Below, piece after piece: positions 13,031 to 25,675 of a stretch of DNA of 64,000 nucleotides. Each line of letters begins with the position of its first letter. The stretch's first letter is position 1. Made by a program: the position numbers and the translations under genes. This DNA is from Octopus sinensis (lineage: Eukaryota): positions 76,074,001 to 76,138,000 of the forward strand of contig NC_043008.1 of NCBI RefSeq assembly GCF_006345805.1. Reading direction: 5' to 3'. The notes under the pieces were generated by a model that was not told the origin of the DNA, did no database searches, and worked only from the letters and a program-made list of their open reading frames with translations.

Positions 13031-14084
13031 TGGTATTAATATTATTGCTAGCATTGACCACAATACTATTCATATTATTATCATTACTATTAATTGTACT
13101 ATCGCCGGCAATTTCCCTGACTATAGGAATGCTGGGGTTGTTATCATCAATACTACCACTGTTATTAGAAATGCTCTCGTTATTACCACTAACACTACCA
13201 CTGTTAGTAATCCGACTAATATATATATATTATATAATAGATTATAATAATACGACTAATATATATATATTATATATATATATATATATATACATATATA
13301 TATGCATATCTAACTATGCACCCATCTGTAGTAGTTGCGTTTACTCAACATGCTTTGATGTTGATCCTCTTTAAAAGGAAAAACATGTTTTTTTTATTGT
13401 TGCTTAAAATTCATTTTTCAATGCAGTTATTTTTATAACCTTTAATAGTCACGCATTCACATTCACTCACATTCATACAAATAGACAGGCACATGACTAC
13501 ACAAACACGCAAATACTTACAAACAGACAGGAGTGTGTATACATGTTTTTAACTATGTGACTTCTATAGCATTACGATAGTTTCGCAATCGTCTTCATGT
13601 AGCATTGATTTCCGTATACAAGAGATTGGGAGTACAGTTTTGCATCAATACAGTACATACACTACTTTGTAATGGCTATGATATACACGTGTGTGTGTGT
13701 GTGTGTGTTTGTGTGTGTGTGCATACGACTCTTCGTGTCCCAAGCTACTTCCTGGCAAGTTGAGTGGCTAACTTTTACCATAAGCTCCCGCAACACAAGC
13801 CTTAATAATGATCCTGGATAAACGAAATTAGTGTGCATATTTTTACCTGGATTGTATCTGTAACGCGTAACCCATGTCTTTTCATACTGCGTGTGACAAT
13901 AGGTACACGTGTGTATGGAGTGGTTCAGCTTCAGTCACTGATTCAACGTCTAGATGTACACACACACACACACATTCATATACATATATATCGAAAAACT
14001 AGTTACTCACTGCTGAAACCGACGGAAATATATTTTTATTTATTTATTTGTGTGTGTGTAATTTCTTTGCATTTATGTGTATGC

Positions 14085-14372
14085 ATGGGTATTCGTGTCT
14101 GAGTACTGAAAGGAAAATGGCGACGTTATTTAAAAGAAGGCTTGCATTTTCGAGCTCAGGGCTGAGCAAAGTAATAAGGAGGATACATGAGGCAGTCGAC
14201 GAAGCCAGTTTCTTAATATGGCTGAAGCGAGAAGACCCCAAATGTCTCGAAATCTATAACTTGCGGACAGGGAAATAGCGTCGCTAGGTGAGACTGGCTG
14301 GCACTTAAGCAGCATTGTTGATTGACAGGTGCGCCAAGGTAGCGCTCTCGTTCATTGTGTGCGGGCCAAAAC
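14085..14372 (+). mobile_element. HERO-type RLE LINE C-terminal and 3' UTR fragment
   Basis: TERKMATLFKRR...IRRIHEAVDEASFLIWLKRED matches IERKMTTLFKRR...IRRVQEAAEKISFYIWLKQED of the 21312-24915 element. The 3' UTRs align (taggtgagac...gactgacaggtg...gcgggc). Confidence 0.8.
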
Positions 14373-14378
14373 TTGCCC

Positions 14379-14513
14379 CCACCTGCAAGGTCATGCCCTG
14401 TTTACCTGGAAATGTGATGCATGTTCCTGGTGTACGCTTATCAAACTCTGTATATTGGGCTTCGTATATTTTACCCTAGTGTCATTTAGATGACATGCGC
14501 TGCTCTCTATAAT
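14379..14513 (+). mobile_element. Element X 3' fragment
   Basis: ccacctgcaaggtcatg...gtatattgggcttcgtatattttacc...ctctct aligns with the reverse complement of 11041-11220, with two gaps. Confidence 0.7.
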
Positions 14514-15684
14514 ACTATAGAGTGGTGTCCAAGATACAGCTGCTCTCACACCTGGTAGGGACCCTAAAATGTACTATATACTGTTGTTGTAACTATAATA
14601 ATAGTTACAGCAACTACAACCCAGGGCTAACTACAACGATAGGCATCGACAAAATTAGCTCTCCAAAATAAGAAAAATTAATCGGATAACTTAATAACAT
14701 AGCGGAAACAAAGCTTATGTTTACAAAGAAACTGACAGAAACAATTTAAAATGCAAACACATCTGGTAATACAACATTTATCTTAGACATTACTTTTGAT
14801 TACCACGTGGAATTAAAGATTGAAGTAACACGTACGTGCTACTACATATGTAAACATGAAGGATTCTTTAATGGTGATAATGATAATGATCGTGATAGTA
14901 ATGGTATAGATGATGGTTAAAAACAATAATACGCAATGTCGTCATTAGTTTCCGTAAGGGACAAACAAGCGCTACAGACGTCATATATATTTTCCATATA
15001 TTTCCAAACAATTATTTTCTTTTACTGCTCTCGAATTTTGGAAAAGACCGATGTCCAGTTTAAATCTTAAAGAGAGTGTTACTGGCTGTCGGCTGCTACT
15101 ACTACTACTACTACTACTACTACACATAGAGACAGCAGCAAAGCCAACTACTGCCAATCCCTTTATTACAGTTACAGAAAGAAGCTCAAAGACAAAAATA
15201 ACTATAAAATCAACAATAGAGGAAGTAACAATAGTGGCAACGATCAGCCAATATAGTCCTCCGTCTTGTCTGTGGCTACCAAATTTAGGCTAACCGTAGA
15301 GAAAAGCAACAACAGCAACAGTAACACCAGCAGCTCATAAATTAACAACAACAACGATAAATAACAACACTGTTATCGTGACTATAGAAGGTAGCTGCAA
15401 GGACAAAAGTATCAACAATAATAATAGTAATAATAGTGATAATAATAGTGGTGATGATTTCACTTTTTTATATTTCTTCTCTTCTACCCTGAATATATCA
15501 ACCCAAGGAGATCGTAAGTTATCAATGGATTCTCTGACAAATCACCCGGCATGGCAGATAAACGTCATTCGAAAGGGTATATCGGATAACATAATTCTGT
15601 ATGTAGCTGTGCACATGAACCGCTTGTTGCAATGACAAAAGCTAATGCCTATTCTGATAACATCGCGAATGGGAAGAAACCCCT

Positions 15685-15865
15685 GGTGTCCAAGATACAG
15701 CTACTCTCGCACCTGGTAGGGGCCCTCAAAGGTAATGCTGCGGAAATCCAGACATTAGAAGTTACAACCTTAAAATAAACCAAAGCAAATTCCCAAGGCA
15801 TGCAGAACTTCGTTCGGTAGTACAGTGAAGGTTCATGATAAATATAAAACTACTGAATAATGATG
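15685..15865 (+). mobile_element. Short non-coding element ending in an R4/Dong-type 3' terminus
   Basis: 15782-15865 aligns without gaps to 17425-17505 (ending ataa[a/g]actactg[a/t]ataat). Its first ~50 bp (tggtgtccaagatacagct...) recur at 14523-14570. Confidence 0.6.
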
Positions 15866-15899
15866 ATGAGGAGGAGGAGGAGGAGAAGGTGGAAGGGGA

Positions 15900-17499
15900 T
15901 AGCAGAGACCCATAACATGTCTCCCCACCGTTTACAAGGCCTTAATTTCAATAATATCGCAGAGAATGAGCAAACATCTGGAAGAAAACAATTTGCTTCC
16001 AGAAGAGCAGAAGGGATGCTGGAGAGGCTTATGTGGCTCTAAAAATCAGTTATCGATAAATAAAGGCGCAACCGAAGACAGCCGAAAGAAAGAGGAAGGT
16101 CTAAGCAGGGCTTGAAAGGATTATCGAAAGGCTGTTCACAATATTCTTCACGCATAGATCCTGGAAACACTAGCCATGAATAAATAGCAAACAATGCTGC
16201 AGCCAAGACAAAATAGTGACTCAAAAAAACTAAAGCCATCCCCATTAGAGGAGAAATATTCGAAGGAGTTTCGCTCTCCACTGTTTTTCTGCTTGGCATT
16301 GACGCCATTAACCTACATGCTAAACAGAACTGGGTGTGAATACAACTGCTACGGTGGGACAATCAAAAATTTCTGGTATATGGATCATCTAAAACTGTAT
16401 GCTGTGAATGAAAATCAGTTGGACATGTTACTACAGACAGTGCATGAATTCATCAAAGAAATAAACATAAGATTCGGCTTAGAAGAATGTGCCAAAGCAA
16501 CCTTGAACTAGTGAAGAGTAATAATAACGTACTAGATATACCAAATGAAATAAGAGAATTAGACAACAGCCAGGCACACAAATACTTAGGAACCAATGAG
16601 GTAGATACGGTAAAATACGCGCACAAATGAAAGAGAAGATAAATAAGAAATACTATAGATGAGTTAGATCAATACTTAAAACAAAGCTCAATGCGAAAAA
16701 TTAGATAATAGGTATCACTACACAAGCTCTAAATGAGCTAGCCAAACTAGATAGGAAGGCATTAAAGATAATGACGGAATTTGGGATTCACAACTTGCTA
16801 AGAAGGAATATATCCACTCTTGCTAAAAAGGAATATATTCACACTGGCCGAGAAGATATGTATTCACAATGGCTAAGAAGGAATATATTCACACTGGCTA
16901 AAAATGAATATATTCACAAGCATGACAAAGTTGGGACCTATATACACTGGAGGTTATGCCAACACTATGAACTGACAACAGAAAAAGATTGTTTAGGCAT
17001 ATACCAGGAAAGGTCTCAGAAAGTGACAAAGTAAACATACTCTCGGACATGCCAATACCTACAAGTAGAAAATCACGGCTAATATAACGGATAGGACAAA
17101 TATATCAGAAGTTATTTTTTAAAATGCTTTCTAGCCGATATATCAATTTCAACAGATGACAATGTATCTCTAAAAGAAATAGAGAAATTCTCAAAGTACA
17201 AAATCTGGAAATTGTGATAACTGGAACGGGGAGCCTAAAAACAGAAGCTATCTCTATTATAACCGGTGCATTAGGTATGATTAAAAAATATACTGACCAA
17301 TACATAACCAAAACAAAAAGACTAACGAATATTTGCAAGATACAGAAAATAGCACTACTAGACACCACACATATGCTACGTAAAACACTTTTTATACAGT
17401 GAAAATAGCAACAGCAAAACAAACCACAGCACATACCCATGTTACACAGAGCTGAGCTCTATAGCACAGTAAAAGTGCGTGATGAAAATAAGACTACTG

Positions 17500-17550
<51 letters not shown>
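15900..17550 (+). mobile_element. R4/Dong-clade RLE LINE #1, 5'-truncated, with (TAA)n tail
   Basis: RPITCLPTVYK...LPEEQKGC; YMDHLKLYA (YxDD region); FGLEECAK; HDKVGTYIHWRL; restriction-like endonuclease end ISIITGALGMI; 3' UTR then (TAA)n at ~17500-17551. Confidence 0.85.
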
Positions 17551-17551
<1 letters not shown>

Positions 17552-17554
<3 letters not shown>

Positions 17555-17789
17555 GCCCTGAAGCAGTACCAGGCAGTGGCTCTCATGGCTTCTGATTTTA
17601 ACTGATTGGAAAAGTCATCATATACATTATTTTGTATCGGTATAAAAGATGGGCTACAGTAAATATTCTGCTCCATACCACAGATATCCATGCCATTTAT
17701 TTGATCTTAACTTGTTGAGCATGACCTTTAATAGCTGACGATATGTGCATCTCTGATCAGGAGCAGAAATAGAGGGGACCTTCATAGCC
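17552..17789 (+). mobile_element. Element X 5' part, inserted in or abutting the (TAA)n tail of Dong #1
   Basis: gggctacagtaaatattctgctccataccacagat...ctctgatcaggagcagaa matches the reverse complement of 11370-11497. Confidence 0.75.
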
Positions 17790-19990
17790 CACACCCTCAC
17801 TAGTCCTTAGACTCCTTAGAGGAGACAAGGTAGAAGATATAATATCTGCTCTCAGGAGGTCAAGTAAATTGAAGTCTCCAGGAAACGATAATATTCCTAA
17901 CTTCTGGTTGAATGCCTTCCCAGAGAGCCATGAACTACTTACAAAACTTTACAACGATGCTTTGAAACATACTAGTTTGATCCCTTCTTGGCTAGTTAAT
18001 GGTTTAACATTCCTACTTTCAAAAAATCAAGAAACAAATGAACCAAAAATTATCAATTTTAAACCTGCTTAACAAGAATGCTTAAAACGCTAACATCTGT
18101 CCTGACTGAATATACATATATATTTTTTTAAAATAGAAAGTAGCATATTCCCTAATGAGCAAAAAAGGTGTAAATGTGGATCTTATGGTTGTAAAGATCA
18201 GCTACTCATTAATAAGAGGATTTTAGAAAATTCTTACAAGCGACATAAAAACATGTCACTAGCCTGGATAGACTATAAAAATGCTTTTCATAGCCTACCA
18301 CATAGTTGGATTAAGAAATATCTCGAAATGTATAAAATAGCTCCTACTTTGCGAAACTTTTTGTCTGTAAGTGTGAAATCATGGAGAAACACACAGATTT
18401 TGAACAGTGGCCAATGAATCCCTAAATGCTGGAGATGTAAGAATTTCATGTGGCATTTTCCAGGTTGACTGGCTGTCACCACTCCTGTTTTGTCTAGCCT
18501 TAATACTTCTCTCAAAATTTCTCAACGAAATAAGAGTTTTGATAGAAATATAAATCATCTCATTTACATGGATGACTTAAAGCTATTTGCAAAAAATGAC
18601 CAACAACTCAAGGGCTTACTAGCGATTGTAACACAATTGAGTGAGGACATCAGGATGCAATTTGTCCTCGATACATGTGCAAAAAGTAACTTTGTCAAAG
18701 GAAAATTGACAGTAACCTCTAACTTTAACTTTGACCAGCAGAATGTCATAAAAGAGAACCAGCGGAGAGCTACAAATACCTAGGGGTAATTCAAGGGAAC
18801 GGAATCAAACATGCAGTGATGAGCGAAAGGATCAGAAGAGAATATTATTGCAGAGTGAGAGCAATGCTGAAGACAGAGCTGAATCCAAGAAACAGGATCG
18901 AAGCAATCAGTGCTTTAGCCATACCAGTCGTGACTTACAGTTTCAATATCATTAACTGGACAATTACTGAAATATGTAATCTTGACAGAAAAATACGTAA
19001 ACTGTTGACAATGCATAGAATGCACCACACTAAGTCAGATATAGAACGATTTTATCTGCCAAGAAAAGGGAGAGGCCATGGACTTTTACAACTGGTATTA
19101 ACAATGAAGATTGCCACAATTGGCCTCAACACCTACCTGAAAATGTCTGAGGGCTGAATGTTAAAACTTATCACAAAAGATGAAAATAAGAAAGCATCAT
19201 ACTCAGTAAAATAACAGGCAAAGTAATATCGAAGTGAATTCCGAAAACAACAAATTCCAGAATTAGTTGTACAAGAAACAAGCGCAGGAAAAGTTAAGCA
19301 TAAAAATCCGTGCTAAAACTACTGCCTTAGATATCCTAACTGGTAATGGCAAGAAATCCCGCTCAATGACAAATACCCAAAAAGAGCTAATAATGCTGAT
19401 GTTGACAAATACTTTCCCATCAATGGCTAATAGCTTCTGGCTTAAAATCAGAAACAGCTGGGTTTATCATAGCAGCCCAAGATCAATGCCTACCTACAAG
19501 GAACTACCAGGCCAACATATTAATCAACGGCAGCTCCCCGATATATCGCATATGTCAACTACAAAATGAGATTATTGATCATGTTGACGCCATGTGCTGT
19601 TTTCTTGCGCCTATAGAGTATCTCAACAGGCATGATAGAGCTGCACAATATATTCACTGGGTAATTTGCAAAAACCTGGACTTGCCCCATGATAAAACTG
19701 GTGGAAACACAAACTGTTTGAAAATGATCACATCGCACTCCTCTGGAACTTCACCATTCAAACTGACAAAGATAGATACAAATAGGCTAGACATCATATT
19801 GAAAGACTTCTAGCAAAAGTCATGCCTTCTCATTGATATAATCTTCCCGATCGATATAAATGTATCTGTCAAAAACTGAGCAATTATAAAGATATTGAAA
19901 TAGAAATTAGCAAAATGTGGAACCAGAAGACTAAAACAATACCTGTAGTCATAGGTGCCCTAGGCATTATAGAAAAAGGGGCTAATTTTA
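17790..19990 (+). mobile_element. R4/Dong-clade RLE LINE #2, decayed; 3' end interrupted by a SINE
   Basis: KSPGNDNIPNFWLNAF; EQKRCKCGSYGCKDQLLINK; YMDDLKLFAKND; LYLPRKGRGHGL; NRHDRAAQYIHW; NRLDIILKD; IPVVIGALG. Confidence 0.88.
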
Positions 19991-20110
19991 ATGACCAAAA
20001 ACGGATGAAAGGCAAAGTCGACCTCAGCGAAACTTAAACTGAAACTGTAAAGCTGGAAGAAAATTTCATTATGCATTTTATCCGGTGTCCTAGCGATTCT
20101 GCAACTAGTA
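19990..20110 (-). mobile_element. tRNA-derived SINE, family B, head
   Basis: Reverse complement reads gcagaatcgctaggacaccgg...gctgaggtcgactttgcctttcatcc; same family as 39210-39560. Confidence 0.7.
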
Positions 20111-20126
20111 CTACTAATTCTATTAC

Positions 20127-20263
<137 letters not shown>

Positions 20264-20451
20264 TTTACGACATACATAAAATTTTCTTCCTTTTTGGAAA
20301 GTATTCATAAAAATAAACAAAATTAAATTCATTCGACGCTAGAATTAAATCTTGCACAGAATAAAGAACATGTCTCACACGACATTATTCTCTATCAATC
20401 CCGCAGGATTTCGTAACTGGCACAGTTACACACACACACACACACACATAT

Positions 20452-20567
<116 letters not shown>

Positions 20568-20950
20568 AAAAGAGAGAGTTTTTATCCAATACCTAAGCCA
20601 ACTAGGTAATTCATGTGCTCTAAACTTGACTTTTGTGCACCATTACCGTCATTTCTGTTCCCGTAACAATTATTTAAATGCGATTGTCATGTATGTCGTG
20701 CAGAAATATTTCAGGCTTTTATGTTGCTTGTTGCTTGTGTGTTAAATGTGCAGAGGGTCTTTATAATGCAATTTTCTACATGTGGTATTCATAGGGTTTA
20801 GCATAATCTTTCACTCTGGTATTGAATCGGGTTGTCGAATCTTGTATATGATACGATCCGTTATGTTAGTATGACTGGAGCACAGTAGTGCATTATTTCC
20901 CAAAGCATGATGCAGGAACCGTGTATATAAACGTATATATAGGTCTATGA

Positions 20951-20997
<47 letters not shown>

Positions 20998-21095
20998 TAC
21001 ATACGTAAGTACGTATATATGTATGCATGTATGTTTGTATGTATGTTTGTATTTGTGTATATACATGTGTATATATATGTGTGTATATGTATATA

Positions 21096-21305
21096 CAAGG
21101 TTATTCAAAAACAATCAAACGATTTCATTACGCAATATTTTAATAAGGAAGTGCAATAGAAAGCTCCCTAAGTATTTGCTCACAATTAACTTTAATGTGG
21201 CCACCCCCTGTAGCACGGGTAACATCAATGCGATAAGAGAATTCCCCTCAGACGCATATCAGCATATCGCAATCGACTGAGCTGATCGCTTTTGTTATTA
21301 GATGT
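21096..21305 (-). mobile_element. Tc1/mariner-superfamily transposon 3' end (TIR plus transposase C-terminus), left arm
   Basis: TA|CAAGGTTATTCAAAAACAAT... TIR. Minus frame ...SVDCDMLICV*GEFSYRIDVTRATGGGHI matches the 24925-25193 arm. Confidence 0.85.
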
Positions 21306-21311
21306 GCGTGA

Positions 21312-24300
21312 TTTTCTTTTTTTTATATAGGCAGGGAAGGAATTACAACCGTGTTTCGTTGTCTGCTACCACAACAGCTCCTTTATAGGATCCAGTTAGC
21401 TCAAGACATCATCAGGAGGAACCACGTCCGGTTTCGGCCCCTACTCCTCTACCGTTTTGACGTGGCGCCCCCCCCCCTTTTGGCGGTGTCTTCAGCTCTG
21501 GTGTGGGGTGCATGTCTTCTTTCTTCTTCTTTCTTCTGTTCCCTGGCCTCTTCGATGTATCGTCAGCGAGTGTCAGCCGGTGACTGACTGACTTGTCAAA
21601 TTTTTCCTTTTAAATACCTGCCGCGGGCTCCAGCAGGCATCCCCAGCAAGTTGTCACGTGACACTGTCTCACCTTAACTGACTAGTGAAGGCGCGTAGTT
21701 TTAGCCCGCGCATTTTCTAAACGACCGTCACCTGTCAGTCAGCGAAGCTGATTCAGTGTCAGTTTGTCTCACCTAATGATGTTATTTCCCGCCGGCATGT
21801 TATGACTTTCAAGCCATTTTCGGTCTTCCTGCTTCAGCCATATATAGAAGCTGATTTTTTCTGCCGCCTCCTGTACTCTCCTGATTAGTTTTCGCAGCTC
21901 GGAGCTAGAAAAACAAATCTTCTTTTGAAAAGCGTTGTCATTTTTCTTTCAATGAAGCCTATAGCCAGGTGATAATATTCGACATTCCATCCCTGTTCTC
22001 TGCATTCTTCGATTATCTTTTCGTACCTCTTCTCCTTTCGTTCCTCTGCATTGGCGATGTTCTCTTCCCAAGGTACTGTCAGTTCTAGTAAAATTCCTAT
22101 TCTCCGGTTTCTGTTCCATAGGACTAAATCCGGTCTTTTTGTTGTTTTTATTAATGGATATATTACTTGTCTTTCCAAGTCCGTGGTCACCTCCCAGTAT
22201 CCCTTCCATCTTTCGTCTGTCTCGTATACTTTACTTGTAGGCCTGGTTTTATATCCGTTTCCCTCCTTGTAGAAGTATACTTTCCTGCGCCTTTCTACTT
22301 TTGGGTACTCTTCCGTATTGTACCTCTCGATCTTCTCCTTGAGTGCTGCGCTTATGACGCTGAGGACTTGATTATGCCGCCATGTATATCTTTCTAGTGC
22401 TAGTCTGCAATTTGACAGAATATGTCTAACCGTCGCTTTCGATCCGCATCTACATTCATCGGTTGTTTTATGTTCCACCGGACTAAGTTCGCCGGTGAGG
22501 GTAGAAAGTCGAAGGTAGACTTGATCAGGAAGGATGTTCTTGCTTGTTCCCACACCCAAAGTTCCTTCCATGATATTCTGCGGTTGATCACATATTCCTC
22601 CCATCTCAGGCACTGTCCCTGTTGACTGCATTGCACCAAATGTACATTTCGCCTTTCTTCTTCTTCCTTTCTCACTTCGTATACCACTGCCTCTTTCGTC
22701 TCTTTTACACTGCTCTTGCAAAATGGCCTGAAATTTTGCGACCCTAGGCCGGTTCTAGCTTCTTGCGTCGCTCCGACTATATCTGCGTGCCTTAGATTTT
22801 CGATCGCCCTGTTTACTGCCTCTTCCGCCTTCCATTTCCTCCTTTTTCGTACCTTTGGAAGGTTTTCCCGGATGCTCTGATCTTTTGAATACCTTAGCAT
22901 CATTACTGTCCTTGCCTCTCCTGCCTTATATTCTACGGCGATTGATGCTATTGGTAGTTGCAGCACGGTTTTTCCATATAGTGCAGTTGTATTCAGTGGT
23001 TTCGGCAGACCAAGCCATTTTCTGATAAACCCACTTCATCTTTGTTCCATCCTTTCTACTCTACTCGAGGCTATTTCGTACATTTGCAATGGCCACATTA
23101 TTCTTGGATACAGCCCAAATTGCAGTATCCAACATTTGATTTTTTCCCGGCAGCGTTATGTCAATTTGCCTTTAATCCTGCTATACTAACTCGTGTGTCT
23201 CTTTCCCTTGCTTCTAATCATTTAATAAATCTCTATACCATCTGCCGAGACTCTTTACTGGTTGTTCTTTCACTTGAACTTCACTTCTTCTTGCCTTCCT
23301 TTCACGAAAGCCTCGCTTCGAGATTTTGGGCTTTGAATTTCATCCTTGCCCATCCTATCAGTTCGTCTAACCGCTCTAACGTTCCTCTGCTGGTTCTTTA
23401 CTTTCCGATAATATAGTTACGTCTTCCATAGAAGCCCTTAATGGTGTCTTTGTTACAGCTTTCTCACAGTTTGTAGATCTGAGTAGCATTTCCATGACTA
23501 GCACGAATAAGATGACTGATATCGTGCATCCGGCTGCAATACCTATTTCAAGCCGTTGCCACTCCGTTGTGAACTTTCCTGCTTAAATCTCATCCTCAGG
23601 TTGTCGTAGTACGACATGAGCATTCGTTGAACGTCTTTTGGAATCCAAACGAAGTCCATCGCTGTTTTTATTATTGCGTGCGGAACAGATCCATAAGCAT
23701 TGGCAAGATCTAGCCAAACAATATACAGGTTTTTCTTCATTTCTTTTGCACAGGTGATGGCTTCTCAGATGGCAAATGCGTGTTCTATGCACTCAGGGAT
23801 TCCGGCGATTCCTGCTTTTTGGATTGCTTCATTAACGTACCCGTTATGCTGTACGAATCTTATGATTCGTCTACCAATTATTACAAACATGATTTTTCCG
23901 TCTGTATTTAGTAGTGAAATTGATCTAAATTGACCTATTTTTGTTTAGGTAGATAGATACCTTCGGTTATACACCATCGCTCCGCTACATCTTCCACATT
24001 TCTCTTATCAGTGCAAACGGCTGCAAGCGTAATTTCGGGCAATATTTATATACCTTGTAGCTCACTCCATCGTTCCCTGGTGCGCTTTTTGCTCTTGCTT
24101 TTCTTATGAACTCATCCATTTCTTTCCGTTTGATGTCGCTCAAATCAAATGGTACTCATGGTTCAGGTGGTTTCTTCAGTCCGTGCATTTCTGGGAGTAC
24201 TTCAATTCTGTCAGAGTCGCTGTATGTCTCTTTCAGGTGTTGTTCGAGCTCTTCTTTCGTGCAATCCGATTTTCCGTTTTTACTTTCAGTAAATAGATGT

Positions 24301-24915
24301 TTCGCATATTGATAGGGATTGTTCACAAAGCTACGATAGTTTTTCTCTCTCTCCTTTCTTCTGCTCCTCCTTCTTTGTTTTCTTAGCAGATCTCGATGCC
24401 TCTTTTTTATCTCTTCGTATAGCTGCTTTAGCATCCCTCCATCTGGTTCTGAGATTTTCTTCTCTTCTCGAATCTTTGTTATCCGTCTTTCTCTCCTCGA
24501 TGGTCCGCTCTTTGCCGTTGATTCTACCTTCCCTTTTGTTTCCAGTCCAAATCTTTTCTCTCCTTCCTGGTAGATTGTATTAGCCAGGTTTTCGAGCTTT
24601 TGTTGGTCGTCGCCTTTGAATTTGGTGCTCATTCTTGCTATCCCGTCGTCAATTTTTTTATAACTCGCCGCGTCATTTGCTTTCGGCAATTTAATCTTTG
24701 TCCTCTCGCGCCTATCAGTATTTTTGACTGTTCCAATTCAACTGTAGAATGAACCTCGCTATGGTTATTTTCCAGGGGTTCTGGCCACACGTCTTATGGT
24801 TTATTAACCCGCGTTGTTGAATTACTTTCTTCTGAAACACCTTCCCTTGGTGGATTCTTAGCCCGATGTAACTAGCAAACACCTTTCTGCAGCAGCTGAA
24901 CTCCTCATCTACCAT
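21312..24915 (-). mobile_element. HERO-type RLE non-LTR retrotransposon, near full-length (~3.6 kb), decayed
   Basis: N-terminal Zn finger FSCCRKVFASYIGLRIHQGK; RT motifs VWLDLANAYGSVPH and GIAAGCTISVILF; catalytic motif decayed to ASMED (23421-23432); CRCGSKATVRHILSNC...WRHNQVL; RPDLVLW...LELTVPWEE endonuclease; A-rich tail at 21312-21324. Clade assignment is from recalled motifs. Confidence 0.85.
21345..21458 (-). ncRNA. Candidate type III hammerhead ribozyme (decayed) in the HERO 3' region
   Basis: Minus strand: AAAACG-GTA-GAGGAG...TTCCTC-CTGATGA-TGTCT...AGACAAC-GAAAC-ACGGTT. Stem I is 6 bp; stem II appears to lack 2 nt; stem III is imperfect. Confidence 0.45.
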
Positions 24916-24924
24916 GTAAAAGAT

Positions 24925-25193
24925 CGCGATTATGTTTCACTGATACCCACTAACCTCGGTGACCTTAAACATCGATTAACAACAGTAATCAAATCAGTGG
25001 ATCGCGATACGCTGTTACGCGTCTGGGAGGAATTCTCTTATCGCCTTGATGTTGCCCGTGCTACAGGGGTTGACCACATTTAACAATTGTAAGACAGGAA
25101 ATAAAAGTTGATTGTGAGTAAATACTTGTGACTTAGATGGAGTTTTTCGTTATTGCGTAATGAAATCGGTTCATTGTTTTTGAATAACCCTTG
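24925..25193 (+). mobile_element. Tc1/mariner-superfamily transposon 3' end, right arm
   Basis: PTNLGDLKHRLTTVIKSVDRDTLLRVWEEFSYRLDVARATGVDHI*, then TIR ...TTTTTGAATAACCCTTG|TA. Confidence 0.87.
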
Positions 25194-25289
<96 letters not shown>

Positions 25290-25539
25290 TGTATGTATGT
25301 ATGCATGCATGTATGTACGTATGTGTTTACTAGGTTGTATGTGTATAATTTGAGTGAGATTTATTACGCACACACTCAACCACACATTAACACGCGTACA
25401 TATGCGTAAATATATATAAAAAAAGGATGCAACAATATTTCTTCTCCAAATATACGCTCAAAATCCGGTTTCTTGGATTTTGTGGTGTATATATACCCCG
25501 TAAGACGGAACGCTGTATCGTCGCAGTATTACATATCTT

Positions 25540-25675
25540 TGGTAGCTGACTGGATGGAGCAATGTGAAATGAAGTATTTTGTTCAAGAATACAATACTTC
25601 GCGCAGTCCAGGCCTCGAAACTGTAACCGTAAATTCATGATCGCAACACCCTAAGCACCAGCCCACGCGCATCCA
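25540..25675 (-). mobile_element. tRNA-derived SINE, family C, head
   Basis: Reverse complement gatgcgcgtgggctggtgcttagggtgttgcgatcatg...ggtttcgaggcctggac... resembles 44236-44365. Confidence 0.6.

Noticed and set aside
15540-15680. HDV-like ribozyme suggested by CCGGCATGG and GCGAATGGGA words
   Set aside because: The two words are >100 nt apart, and I could not build P1, P1.1 or P3 pairings.
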